DNA from: Fidelibacterota bacterium
GTDB lineage: Bacteria > Fidelibacterota > Marinisomatia > Marinisomatales > S15-B10
DNA: 18,065 bases
Reading direction: 5' to 3'
Assembly (NCBI GenBank): GCA_046861655.1
Contig: JBHIAI010000025.1
Location: 1 to 18,065, forward strand
Part shown: piece after piece, positions 1 to 7,600 of the stretch
Layout of the letters: the number at the start of each line of letters is the position of its first letter
Numbering within the stretch: position 1 is the first letter of the stretch
Made by a program: the position numbers and the translations under genes
Notes under the pieces: generated by a model
Databases searched by the model: none
The model's input: the letters and a program-made list of their open reading frames with translations, nothing else
What the model was told of the DNA's origin: nothing

Positions 1-1096
1 GGTTACTCCGGTAGGTTTTCAGGAAGGAAAAGAAGAACGACAGAATCACCGCCGCCAGCACAAGGCGGCCCAGCCACGACAGGACCAGGCCGAGACCCCG
101 CCTGGCCTTTTCTCTTTTGTCTAATTCAAAGGAGTAGGACTTCAGTTTCAGGAGGATTTCTGGTGTCACCCGGGTATTGGCATCCACGATCCGTTCATTC
201 TTCATGACAATGCCCCGGTACCTGGGAACCCGGCCTACCGCCGCCTGCTGGCGCCTCTCCGTGGTTTCCCGGTCGAATATCACATTCGGTTTCATGAACT
301 CCACTACGATCTTGTAGGCGGCCGTTTTCAACACCCCGCCTTCATGGGGATAGACCTGGGCGATTTGATTCACGGTCTTGACTCCCCATGCCTCCGCAAG
401 ATCGTTGAATGGCTCAATCTTCTTGATTTCAGGCACATCGTCTTCCAGAACTGCAATCTGGGCACTTTCGATCTCCTCCTTGTTGATGTCGAGAATGCCT
501 TCGGCCCATCGGTTCCGGCAGACGTGAATGACGGTCCCTCTCAATCCGGCCATGTCCACAGGCTTCCCGTCGACCGTCTGATCCTCGATAAGGTTCAGCC
601 AGGGGGGCTGGGATAGATCGAAGAAGGGATAGGCTTCCTCAAAAGTCTCCTGTTGAGCCCGAAGCTCCAGGCTATCCCGTTCGAACCGGGCCAGTGCTTT
701 CTCAGACTGGTTATCATAGCGATGCTCGAACAGGTATTGGCGGGATTCGTCCAGCTTCTCCGTGACCCGGCGAATGGCGATCAGCCCATCGATGAATCCC
801 TCAATGGCCTCTGTCTGCTGGTCTACAATCTGTTGATCCCGTCGGAACAGAAAGGGTTCGTTCAGAATGGCTTCCCGGATATCCGCTTTCAGTTTTTCCT
901 CTTCTTTGAGAATGGGGAAGTCAAACTCGGCCACGATCTCTTCCCGGGTGATGTCGTTCAGTTCATAGTTGTATTCCAGTGATTTTCCGCCTGGAAAGAA
1001 CAGGGAGAGGACCACGGTCAGGCCCGCCAGGATGGATATCCGGGTAACCCGGTCCCGTTTCTTTTTGTCATCAGGCAGGAACTTTTCCAGGAACAT
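1..1096 (-). CDS. 7TM-HD (HDIG) membrane phosphohydrolase, PgpH-like; N-terminal part only, runs off window edge
   Basis: Not in the ORF track because it is open at the edge. Hand translation from ATG at 1096 gives MFLEKFLPDDKKKRDRVTRISILAGLTVVLSLFFPGGKSLEYNYELNDITREEIVAEFDFPILK...KPNVIFDRETTERRQQAAVGRVPRYRGIVMKNERIVDANTRVT...LKLKSY, then a TM segment. This matches the 7TMR-HD extracellular-domain pattern. The HD domain itself lies outside the window. Confidence 0.8.
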   Translation of the reverse strand, partial: MFLEKFLPDDKKKRDRVTRISILAGLTVVLSLFFPGGKSLEYNYELNDITREEIVAEFDFPILKEEEKLKADIREAILNEPFLFRRDQQIVDQQTEAIEGFIDGLIAIRRVTEKLDESRQYLFEHRYDNQSEKALARFERDSLELRAQQETFEEAYPFFDLSQPPWLNLIEDQTVDGKPVDMAGLRGTVIHVCRNRWAEGILDINKEEIESAQIAVLEDDVPEIKKIEPFNDLAEAWGVKTVNQIAQVYPHEGGVLKTAAYKIVVEFMKPNVIFDRETTERRQQAAVGRVPRYRGIVMKNERIVDANTRVTPEILLKLKSYSFELDKREKARRGLGLVLSWLGRLVLAAVILSFFFSFLKTYRSN

Positions 1097-1099
1097 GGT

Positions 1100-2275
1100 T
1101 TAACCCGGATCTCCGGGGAGTGTCTCTTCGAGTGAGGAAAGGATTTCCCTCAGGATGACGAGGCGTTGAATCTCGCTGGTTCCTTCTCCGATGGTAAGGA
1201 CCTTGGCGTCGCGGAAGTACCGTTCCGCTGGATAATCCTTGATGTAGCCGTACCCTCCGAACACCTGAATGGCATCGGTGGTGACCCGCATGGCCATCTC
1301 GGAGGCAAAAAGTTTGGCCATGGCTGCCTCTTTGACCGCATTCCTTTGCTGATCGTAGAGTCTGGCGGCCTGGGCGACCAGGAGTTTTGCGGCTTCGATC
1401 TGGGTGGCCATGTCTGCCAGCTTGAAGCCCACCGCCTGGAACCGGTGGATGGGTCTTCCGAAGGCCTCCCGTTCCCGGGAATATTTCAGGGCGGCTTCGT
1501 AGGCCCCTTGAGCAGTTCCCACGGACAGGGCCCCCACGGAGATCCGTCCCCCTGTGAGGGTTCTCAGAAACGTCTTAAACCCATCCGCCGGTTCTCCCAG
1601 GAGGTTTTCCTTGGGAATCCTCAGGTCCTCAAAAAAAATCTGGCGGGTATCGGACGCTTTCCATCCCATCTTTTTCTCCGCGGGACCGATGTTGAGCCCG
1701 GGCGAGTCGGTCTCAATCACGAAGGCGCCGATCCCCTCCTTTTTCTTGTCAATCATAGCCTGGGCGGTAATGGTAATGAGTCCTGCAACCCCAGCATTGG
1801 TCGTGAAGATTTTTCCTCCATTGATTACCCACTCGTCTCCATCCAGAACGGCGGTGGTTTTCGTGGCTCCAGCATCGCTGCCCGCTTCAGGTTCGGTGAG
1901 TCCGAAGGCACCCAGGATCTTGCCCGAGGCCAGGTCAGGAAGGTATTTCTTCTTCTGATCTTCGGTTCCCACCAGCAAGATGGGGATACAGCCCAGGGAC
2001 GTGTGGGCAGCCAGGGTGATGGCGGTGGAGGCGCACACCTTCGCCACTTCATAAACCGCGGTGGCGTAGGCCATGGTATCCATCCCCGATCCGCCATAAC
2101 TTTCTGGAATGGGAATGCCCATGAGCCCCAATTCCCCCATCTTCTTGATGATCTCGTGGGGGAAGGTTCCGTCCCGGTCCAGTTCGGCGGCCACAGGGGC
2201 GACCTCGTTGGCGGCGAAGTCCCGCACCATATCCCTGAGCATGTGGTGTTCCTCGGTGAGGAAAAGGTCATTCAT
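1100..2275 (-). CDS. acyl-CoA dehydrogenase (butyryl/short-branched-chain type)
   Basis: 391 aa with FGLTEPEAGSDA, WVINGGKIFTTNA, KKMGWKASDT, REAFGRPI, QVFGGYGY and ERYFRDAKVLTIGEGTSEIQR motifs. Confidence 0.95.
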   Translation of the reverse strand: MNDLFLTEEHHMLRDMVRDFAANEVAPVAAELDRDGTFPHEIIKKMGELGLMGIPIPESYGGSGMDTMAYATAVYEVAKVCASTAITLAAHTSLGCIPILLVGTEDQKKKYLPDLASGKILGAFGLTEPEAGSDAGATKTTAVLDGDEWVINGGKIFTTNAGVAGLITITAQAMIDKKKEGIGAFVIETDSPGLNIGPAEKKMGWKASDTRQIFFEDLRIPKENLLGEPADGFKTFLRTLTGGRISVGALSVGTAQGAYEAALKYSREREAFGRPIHRFQAVGFKLADMATQIEAAKLLVAQAARLYDQQRNAVKEAAMAKLFASEMAMRVTTDAIQVFGGYGYIKDYPAERYFRDAKVLTIGEGTSEIQRLVILREILSSLEETLPGDPG

Positions 2276-2278
2276 GTC

Positions 2279-3271
2279 TTACCAGCGGACGGCCGCAGAT
2301 GCCCAGGTAAATCCCGAGCCGAAGGCCGCCATGATGATGGCGTCCCCTTCCGCGAATTTCTTCTGGCCGTAGGCTTCGGACAGGGCTATGGGGATAGAAG
2401 CGGCGGTGGTATTCCCATAGGCGTGAATGTTGGAGAACACCTTGTCCATGCCCACTCCCAGCCTCCTGGCCACGGCATGACTGATCCGGTAGTTGGCCTG
2501 GTGGGGAATGATCAGTTTCACCTCATCCATGGTAAGACCGTTTCTATCCATGGCCTCCTGAATCACCTCGGGAAACCGGGTGATGGCATGCCGGAATACC
2601 TCCCGTCCGTTCATGTGGGGGACGTGAAGATTCTGCGACATGACCTCGTCGCTCAGCCACGGCTTGAAGCGGCTTCCGGGGGCGGGCAGCCAGAGCTCTT
2701 TCAAGTGTTTTCCTTCGGAATGAAGATGGGTTGAGAGGATGCCAGAATCGTTGTTGCTGGGTTGGACCACCACTGCGCCGGCGCCGTCCCCGAAAAGAAC
2801 GGCCAGGTCCCGGTACTCGGTCTCCAGTCTCAGAGCGGCGCTCTGCACTTCGGCCCCGATAAGCAAAACGGTTTCGTGCATACCCGACCGGATGAATTGA
2901 TCGGCTACGGAAAGCCCGTAAACGAACCCGGAACACGCGGCCCGGAGGTCGAACGCACCCACGTTTCCCATGCCCATTTTGTCCTGGACTTGAACCGCCG
3001 AACCGGGAAAGAAATAGTCGGAAGAAAGAGTGGCAAAAATTACCAGATCGATGTCCCCGGGAGAGACACCGGCCCGTTCCATGGCCTTTTCAGCCGCCCG
3101 GACGCCCAGGTCTGAAGCACCCGTGTCCGGATCCGCAAAACGCCGTTCTTTGATACCCGTTCGCTCCACAATCCACTGATCGGATGTATCCATGAGCTTT
3201 TCCAGTTCGGCATTGGTCACCACACGGTCCGGCACGTAATGTCCCACACCCGTAATTCGGGCTCGTGTCAT
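2279..3271 (-). CDS. fabH: 3-oxoacyl-ACP synthase III (FabH)
   Basis: Catalytic triad motifs AACSG, PHQAN and YGNTTAAS, plus DTSDQWIVERTGIKERR and C-terminal AFGSGFTW. Start reassigned to the ATG at 3271 (MTRARITG), which overlaps the recJ stop as ATGA and follows a GGAGGGGAG SD-like sequence. Confidence 0.95.
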   Translation of the reverse strand: MTRARITGVGHYVPDRVVTNAELEKLMDTSDQWIVERTGIKERRFADPDTGASDLGVRAAEKAMERAGVSPGDIDLVIFATLSSDYFFPGSAVQVQDKMGMGNVGAFDLRAACSGFVYGLSVADQFIRSGMHETVLLIGAEVQSAALRLETEYRDLAVLFGDGAGAVVVQPSNNDSGILSTHLHSEGKHLKELWLPAPGSRFKPWLSDEVMSQNLHVPHMNGREVFRHAITRFPEVIQEAMDRNGLTMDEVKLIIPHQANYRISHAVARRLGVGMDKVFSNIHAYGNTTAASIPIALSEAYGQKKFAEGDAIIMAAFGSGFTWASAAVRW

Positions 3272-4980
3272 GATCTCTCCCCTCCGGCTGGTTTCACATC
3301 CTTTATGTTCAGTTGAATGGATACCTGACCCTTCCACCGGTTCTCTTCAACCTCATAGGCGATGTCCACCGGCTCCCCGGTGATAAGGTGTTCGTAATGT
3401 CTGGCCATATTGAAACCGATGGCGTCGAAGCTCGACCCGTTCTTCCTGGCCGTGAATTTCAGATGATCGCCGTTACCCACCAGGCGGGGTGTTCCCAGGA
3501 CCCCGGTCTTCCGGGTAACGAATCGAGGGCGGGAATTTCCGGGACCATAGGGGGCCAGTTTTTTCAGGAAATCCACGAACTCATCGTCGATAACATTTAG
3601 GTCCATTTCCCCTTCAATGTCAAGCGCGTTTACCATGTCGTCCCGTGACAGGGAGTCATTGGCCAGGGCAACAAACTCGTCCCTGAACGCCTCAAGATTC
3701 CTGGAATCAATCGTGAGGCCCGCAGCCATGGGATGGCCTCCATAATCGGTGAGATGCCGGGCACACCGGGAGAGGTGTTCGTACAGATCGAATGGCCGGA
3801 TACTCCGGGCAGACCCCTTGCCCGTTTCCCCCTCAACGGACACCACCACCACCGGCCGGTGGTATGCTTCTTTGACCTTGGAAGCCACGATTCCGATGAC
3901 GCCCGGATGCCACCCTTCCTTCCAGAGCACCATGGCCCGGTCCCTATCCAGATCGACTTCCCGTTTGATTTTTTCCTCCACTTCCTGGACAATATTCTGC
4001 TGGATGACTTGGCGGGACCGGTTTTCATTATGAAGTTGCAGAGCCAGGGTCTGGGCCTGGTCCCTGTCTGTTGTGGTCAGGAGCGTTACGGCCCGGATCG
4101 CATCGCCCATGCGCCCCGCAGCGTTGATGCGGGGGGCCACCCAGTAGATCAATTTCCCTACCGTCAACTCGGCGCCGGATACACCGGCCTTCCGGAGAAG
4201 AGCCTGGATGCCCGGTTTGTCACTCCGCTCCAGCTGCTTGAGGCCGTGGTAAACGAGAACACGGTTTTCGTCCACCAGTGGAACCAGGTCCGCCGCCGTT
4301 CCCAGGGCAACCAGGTCCAGATGCTGGCTCACATTCTCAAAGGGGATGTCCAGCCGTTGGGCAACGGCGCTTACCAGCTTGAATGCCACTCCCCCCCCGC
4401 ACAGGTGTTTGAAGGGATATTCGCATCCCGTTTGCTTTGGATTGAGAACCGCCAGGGCATCGGGCAGGGTGACGTCAGGCGTGTGATGATCGGTAATGAT
4501 AACGGGGATCCCCTTCCCGTTGGCGTACGATACGGCCTCATGGGCGTTGATGCCGCAGTCGCAGGTGATGACCAGATGGACCCCTTTCTCGACGGCGAAG
4601 TCGATGCCCCGCCTGGAGAGGCCGTACCCTTCCTTCTCCCGGTCGGGAATGTATACGGAGACGTCGACACCGAGGGCGCTGAGAAAAAGATAGAGCATGG
4701 ATGCCGCCGTGATTCCATCCACATCATAGTCCCCGAAAACGAGGATTCTTTTGCCTTCCCTGACCGTCCTGGCCACCTGCTCGGAAGCCCTGTCCATATT
4801 CAGCATCTGGAAAGGGTCGTTCAGTTTGGTGAGCTCGGGCGCGAACAGTTCGGCGAGGTCATGGACGGATTGAATGCCCCGGTTGACCAGAATCCGGGTC
4901 AGGATTTCGGGCAACTGGACTTGATCCTTCAGCCGGGAAACCAGGTCGGGATCAGCGGATTTTATATGCCATACAGCCAT
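3268..4980 (-). CDS. recJ: single-stranded-DNA-specific exonuclease RecJ
   Basis: DHH motifs GDYDVDG, TCDCG, TDHH and LGTAAD; PRINAAGR; DHHA1 motif GGHPMAAG; LAPYGPGN; C-terminal OB-fold region. Confidence 0.96.
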   Translation of the reverse strand: MAVWHIKSADPDLVSRLKDQVQLPEILTRILVNRGIQSVHDLAELFAPELTKLNDPFQMLNMDRASEQVARTVREGKRILVFGDYDVDGITAASMLYLFLSALGVDVSVYIPDREKEGYGLSRRGIDFAVEKGVHLVITCDCGINAHEAVSYANGKGIPVIITDHHTPDVTLPDALAVLNPKQTGCEYPFKHLCGGGVAFKLVSAVAQRLDIPFENVSQHLDLVALGTAADLVPLVDENRVLVYHGLKQLERSDKPGIQALLRKAGVSGAELTVGKLIYWVAPRINAAGRMGDAIRAVTLLTTTDRDQAQTLALQLHNENRSRQVIQQNIVQEVEEKIKREVDLDRDRAMVLWKEGWHPGVIGIVASKVKEAYHRPVVVVSVEGETGKGSARSIRPFDLYEHLSRCARHLTDYGGHPMAAGLTIDSRNLEAFRDEFVALANDSLSRDDMVNALDIEGEMDLNVIDDEFVDFLKKLAPYGPGNSRPRFVTRKTGVLGTPRLVGNGDHLKFTARKNGSSFDAIGFNMARHYEHLITGEPVDIAYEVEENRWKGQVSIQLNIKDVKPAGGERS

Positions 4981-5005
4981 ACGGCAGGGAGCCGGAAACA
5001 GGTGA

Positions 5006-5399
5006 ATCAGAGCAGGCCTGTAAGCCGAATTCTGTATCCCGCCCAGGCGGGATGGTGATCATTCCTCTGGTCCCGGCCTCACAGTCGGGATCGAGCAACC
5101 TACCCGTCCCTTGGTCCCGAGATTTCGGGACGCCGATGCGGGCCACATCGATAACGGTACTGCTTGGTCTTGCACCGGGTGGGGTTTGCCGAGCCCCCGA
5201 CATCACTGCCGGGGCTGGTGGTCTCTTACACCACCGTTTCACCTTTTCCCCGCCAAGGCGGGGTAGTCTACTTTCTGCTGCACTTTCCGTATCCCGAATG
5301 ATCGGGATCCCTCCCGTTAGGAGGCACCATGCCCTGCGGTGTTCGGACTTTCCTCCCCCCCGCATCTTGCGGGGGAGCGATCACCCGGCCTGCTCTGAT
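5006..5399 (-). ncRNA. rnpB: RNase P RNA (bacterial type A)
   Basis: The minus strand reads GAGGAAAGTCCGAAC near the 5' end, GGTGCAAGACCAAG and GGCAAACCCC internally, and ACAGAATTCGGCTTA near the 3' end. The ends pair as a 13-bp P1 helix (5006-5018 with 5387-5399). Exact termini are approximate. Confidence 0.96.
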
Positions 5400-5426
5400 G
5401 TCAAGAAGCCTGTTTTTTCCTCTGCC

Positions 5427-5459
5427 GCAAATTTATGCCACCTGAGGAAACTTACTCAA
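5427..5459 (-). promoter_or_regulatory. putative rnpB promoter (TTGAGT-N18-TAAATTTGC)
   Basis: Lies about 28 nt upstream of rnpB. The identical TAAATTTGC sits upstream of tRNA-Val. Confidence 0.5.
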
Positions 5460-5528
5460 TGAAATTCCCGGGCAGGGATGGAGGGGAGGTGTTACGCCCT
5501 GGCTACGCTGGAGTTCCCAGGAGAGGGA

Positions 5529-6233
5529 TCAGTCGCCCGGCCAGAACAGAATCCGGCGACAGACGGGACACTGGGCTATGGTGTCCCCGGAACGGATCTC
5601 GACGATGGCCTGGGAAGTGATCCTGGAATGACAGCCACCGCAGGAGTGATTTACGATGGGGACCACGGCTACCCCGTCCCTGGCACTCCGTACCCGATCG
5701 TAGAGCGCGAGGTACCGGGAGTCGATCTCCGGGGTTACTTTTTCCCGTCTGGCCAGGAGCCGCCTTGATTCACTTTCCGTGCTGGCCGTGGTTTTTTCCA
5801 GTTCCTTTTTTCTATCCTCCAGCTCCGATGCCATGGTCTCCCGGTTGAGCCGGTCCAGCTTCATCTGTTCTTCCAGACGATCCTTTTCTTCGCTCAACTC
5901 CAGTTCTTTGAGTTCTGCCTCATCCATGTCGTTCTTCAAATGATCGATCTCCGTCATGAGGGCGTCATACTCCCTGTTGGTCTTCACCAGATAGAGCTGC
6001 TCCTGAAGGCGGTCCAACTTTACCTTCTGATCCACTTCGGTGCCCTGAGCATGACGAATCTCAAGTTCAAGATCTTTCAATCGACTCTCATTTCCATGCA
6101 AAGCCGCATCAATCTGTTCCATATTCCTTGTGAGCTCTTCAATTTTCCCGGGGAGATCTCCCTTCAGTCTCTCAAGTTCTATGAGGGCGGTGTCAATTTC
6201 CTGAAGTTTGATGAGTTGATCGAGCTGGCTCAT
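5529..6233 (-). CDS. C4-type zinc-ribbon coiled-coil protein (DUF164 / CT398 / HP0958 family)
   Basis: N-terminal LIKLQEID, long coiled coil with KTNREYDALMTEID, then LYDRVR, CGGC and CPVCRRIL. The family is often found near rnpB. Confidence 0.92.
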   Translation of the reverse strand: MSQLDQLIKLQEIDTALIELERLKGDLPGKIEELTRNMEQIDAALHGNESRLKDLELEIRHAQGTEVDQKVKLDRLQEQLYLVKTNREYDALMTEIDHLKNDMDEAELKELELSEEKDRLEEQMKLDRLNRETMASELEDRKKELEKTTASTESESRRLLARREKVTPEIDSRYLALYDRVRSARDGVAVVPIVNHSCGGCHSRITSQAIVEIRSGDTIAQCPVCRRILFWPGD

Positions 6234-6252
6234 TTACCTTTCTCGTAGGTAC

Positions 6253-6276
6253 AAAAAGTGCACCTGAAAGGTGCAC
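6253..6276 (-). terminator. intrinsic terminator downstream of tRNA-Val and 19 nt upstream of the zinc-ribbon ATG
   Basis: Minus strand reads GTGCACCT-TTC-AGGTGCAC followed by TTTTT. Confidence 0.7.
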
Positions 6277-6408
6277 AGTGATTCTTGCATGATTGCGGCA
6301 CTTGGAACGGCGGGGCTATTCCAAGTCCTCTCACAGTCGTGTCTGCCTATTCATGGCTCCTGCAAACACCCGCCTCTCCGTGGGCATTTCCTGTTCTCTC
6401 CATGAGCG

Positions 6409-6482
6409 TGGGTTCGGCAGGACTTGAACCTGCGACCTCTACGATGTGAGCGTAGCGCTCTGGCCAGCTGAGCTACGAACCC
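6409..6482 (-). tRNA. tRNA-Val (anticodon CAC), CCA not encoded
   Basis: GGGTTCGTAGCTCAGCTGGCCAGAGCGCTACGCTCACATCGTAGAGGTCGCAGGTTCAAGTCCTGCCGAACCCA folds as a full cloverleaf. Anticodon arm is CTACG-CTCACAT-CGTAG. Confidence 0.96.
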
Positions 6483-6518
6483 TTTATCAATTCACCTTGC
6501 TGCGGGCACCTTAGCTTG

Positions 6519-6550
6519 GCAAATTTAATGGAATTGATCAGACGAAACAA
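6519..6550 (-). promoter_or_regulatory. putative tRNA-Val promoter (TTGTTT-N17-TAAATTTGC)
   Basis: Canonical 17-nt spacing, with the same -10 extension as the rnpB promoter. Confidence 0.55.
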
Positions 6551-6562
6551 GGAGGCGAGACC

Positions 6563-6880
6563 GTGGCCCCTCTTTCTTTGGAGCGTTACGAAATCGTTAA
6601 CGACATCCTGGTGATCAAATGGAACGACGGCGAAGAAAGCTACGTCCCTCTTGAAACCTTGAGAGATAACTGTCCCTGCGCCGAATGCAGCGGGGAGAAG
6701 GATGCCCTGGGAAATATCCACGTGATCCAGACCACCTCCAGGGGAGAAGGGGCATACGAGCTTACGGGCATCCAATCCGTGGGATACTATGCCGTCCAAC
6801 CGGTCTGGGGTGACGGCCACAGTACGGGAATCTACCGGTATGAGCTTTTGAAGGAGCTGGGAGAATGGAAGGATTCCTGA
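6563..6880 (+). CDS. DUF971 / gamma-butyrobetaine-hydroxylase-like N-terminal domain protein
   Basis: IKWNDG, LRDNCPCAEC, VGYYAVQPVWGDGHSTGIY motifs. GTG start preceded by AAGGAGG. Confidence 0.92.
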   Translation: MAPLSLERYEIVNDILVIKWNDGEESYVPLETLRDNCPCAECSGEKDALGNIHVIQTTSRGEGAYELTGIQSVGYYAVQPVWGDGHSTGIYRYELLKELGEWKDS

Positions 6881-6888
6881 CCCGGAGA

Positions 6889-7500
6889 TCACCGGGGATC
6901 TCTGGCCGAATCCCGGTAAATGACAGCGATGGTGTTGAGTTCCGGCAGTAGCCACCAGTCCTGAGGCTCATAGATTACGTGGATCCAGCGATTCCGGGGA
7001 AACCGCCAGCTGGCGGTGACGAAGTCGTCGGGGTGAAATCGTTGTGACAGGTCCGCCTCCACCTGGAGCCGCTCCGGGCCGTAGCGGGACCTGAGATTGT
7101 CCAGCACCGTGACCAATTTTCTTCGGTGAATCTCGAGATTCTCGGCATCAGGTCTCTGAAGGTTCCATCGGAGAGCGTGTTCCTCTTCCACCCAGAAAAG
7201 GCCCCGATCTGGATGAACAAACAGGCGAAGCCTTGCGAGACGAACCCCGGATGTCAGAAGATTTTCGTATTCCACTATTTTCGCAGCGGGTGTGTCGGCC
7301 AGCCGGGAAGGACGAATTCCGTATTCCTTGAGAACGGACTGTACCGTTTCGGTCAAACCCATACCAAAACGGACGCCGTGAACCCCGTCCAGGATTCTTG
7401 AGTCTTCCTGTAACGGACGTTGATTCCACGATCCGCCCAGATCACTCACTACTAAGAAGCCCAGGAGCATCAGGAACGGTTTCGACTTCACTGTTCTCAT
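6889..7500 (-). CDS. hypothetical protein with N-terminal hydrophobic/signal-like segment
   Basis: Open frame filling the gap between DUF971 and the lipase. Start chosen at the ATG at 7500 (MRTVKSKPFLMLLGFLVV...). GVRFGMG motif. No family recognised. Confidence 0.65.
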   Translation of the reverse strand: MRTVKSKPFLMLLGFLVVSDLGGSWNQRPLQEDSRILDGVHGVRFGMGLTETVQSVLKEYGIRPSRLADTPAAKIVEYENLLTSGVRLARLRLFVHPDRGLFWVEEEHALRWNLQRPDAENLEIHRRKLVTVLDNLRSRYGPERLQVEADLSQRFHPDDFVTASWRFPRNRWIHVIYEPQDWWLLPELNTIAVIYRDSARDPR

Positions 7501-7600
7501 GGAATGACAGAAAAAGTTATGGACCCTGGAGCGCCGTTTCAATAACCGTTTTTCGGTCCTTTTTGTCAAAAAGGTTCTCCAGTCGCAGTAAATTCAATTC

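Noticed and set aside
344..982. Two plus-strand ORFs (90 and 109 aa)
   Set aside because: Antisense to the 7TM-HD gene, which the ORF track omitted because it is open at the window edge.
1166..2734. 522-aa plus-strand ORF
   Set aside because: Antisense shadow of the acyl-CoA dehydrogenase and fabH genes, typical of GC-rich codon usage; no recognisable motifs.
3272..3337. 22-aa N-terminal extension of FabH in the ORF track
   Set aside because: It overlaps recJ; the ATGA-coupled start at 3271 with an SD fits the family N-terminus.
3733..5058. 441-aa plus-strand ORF
   Set aside because: Antisense shadow of recJ.
4952..5462. ORFs of 137 and 136 aa
   Set aside because: They overlap the RNase P RNA gene and are spurious.
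6234..6408. Known riboswitch, 6S or SRP RNA in the tRNA-Val spacer
   Set aside because: Consensus elements for ZTP, SRP and 6S RNAs were not found by eye; kept only as an unassigned structured leader.
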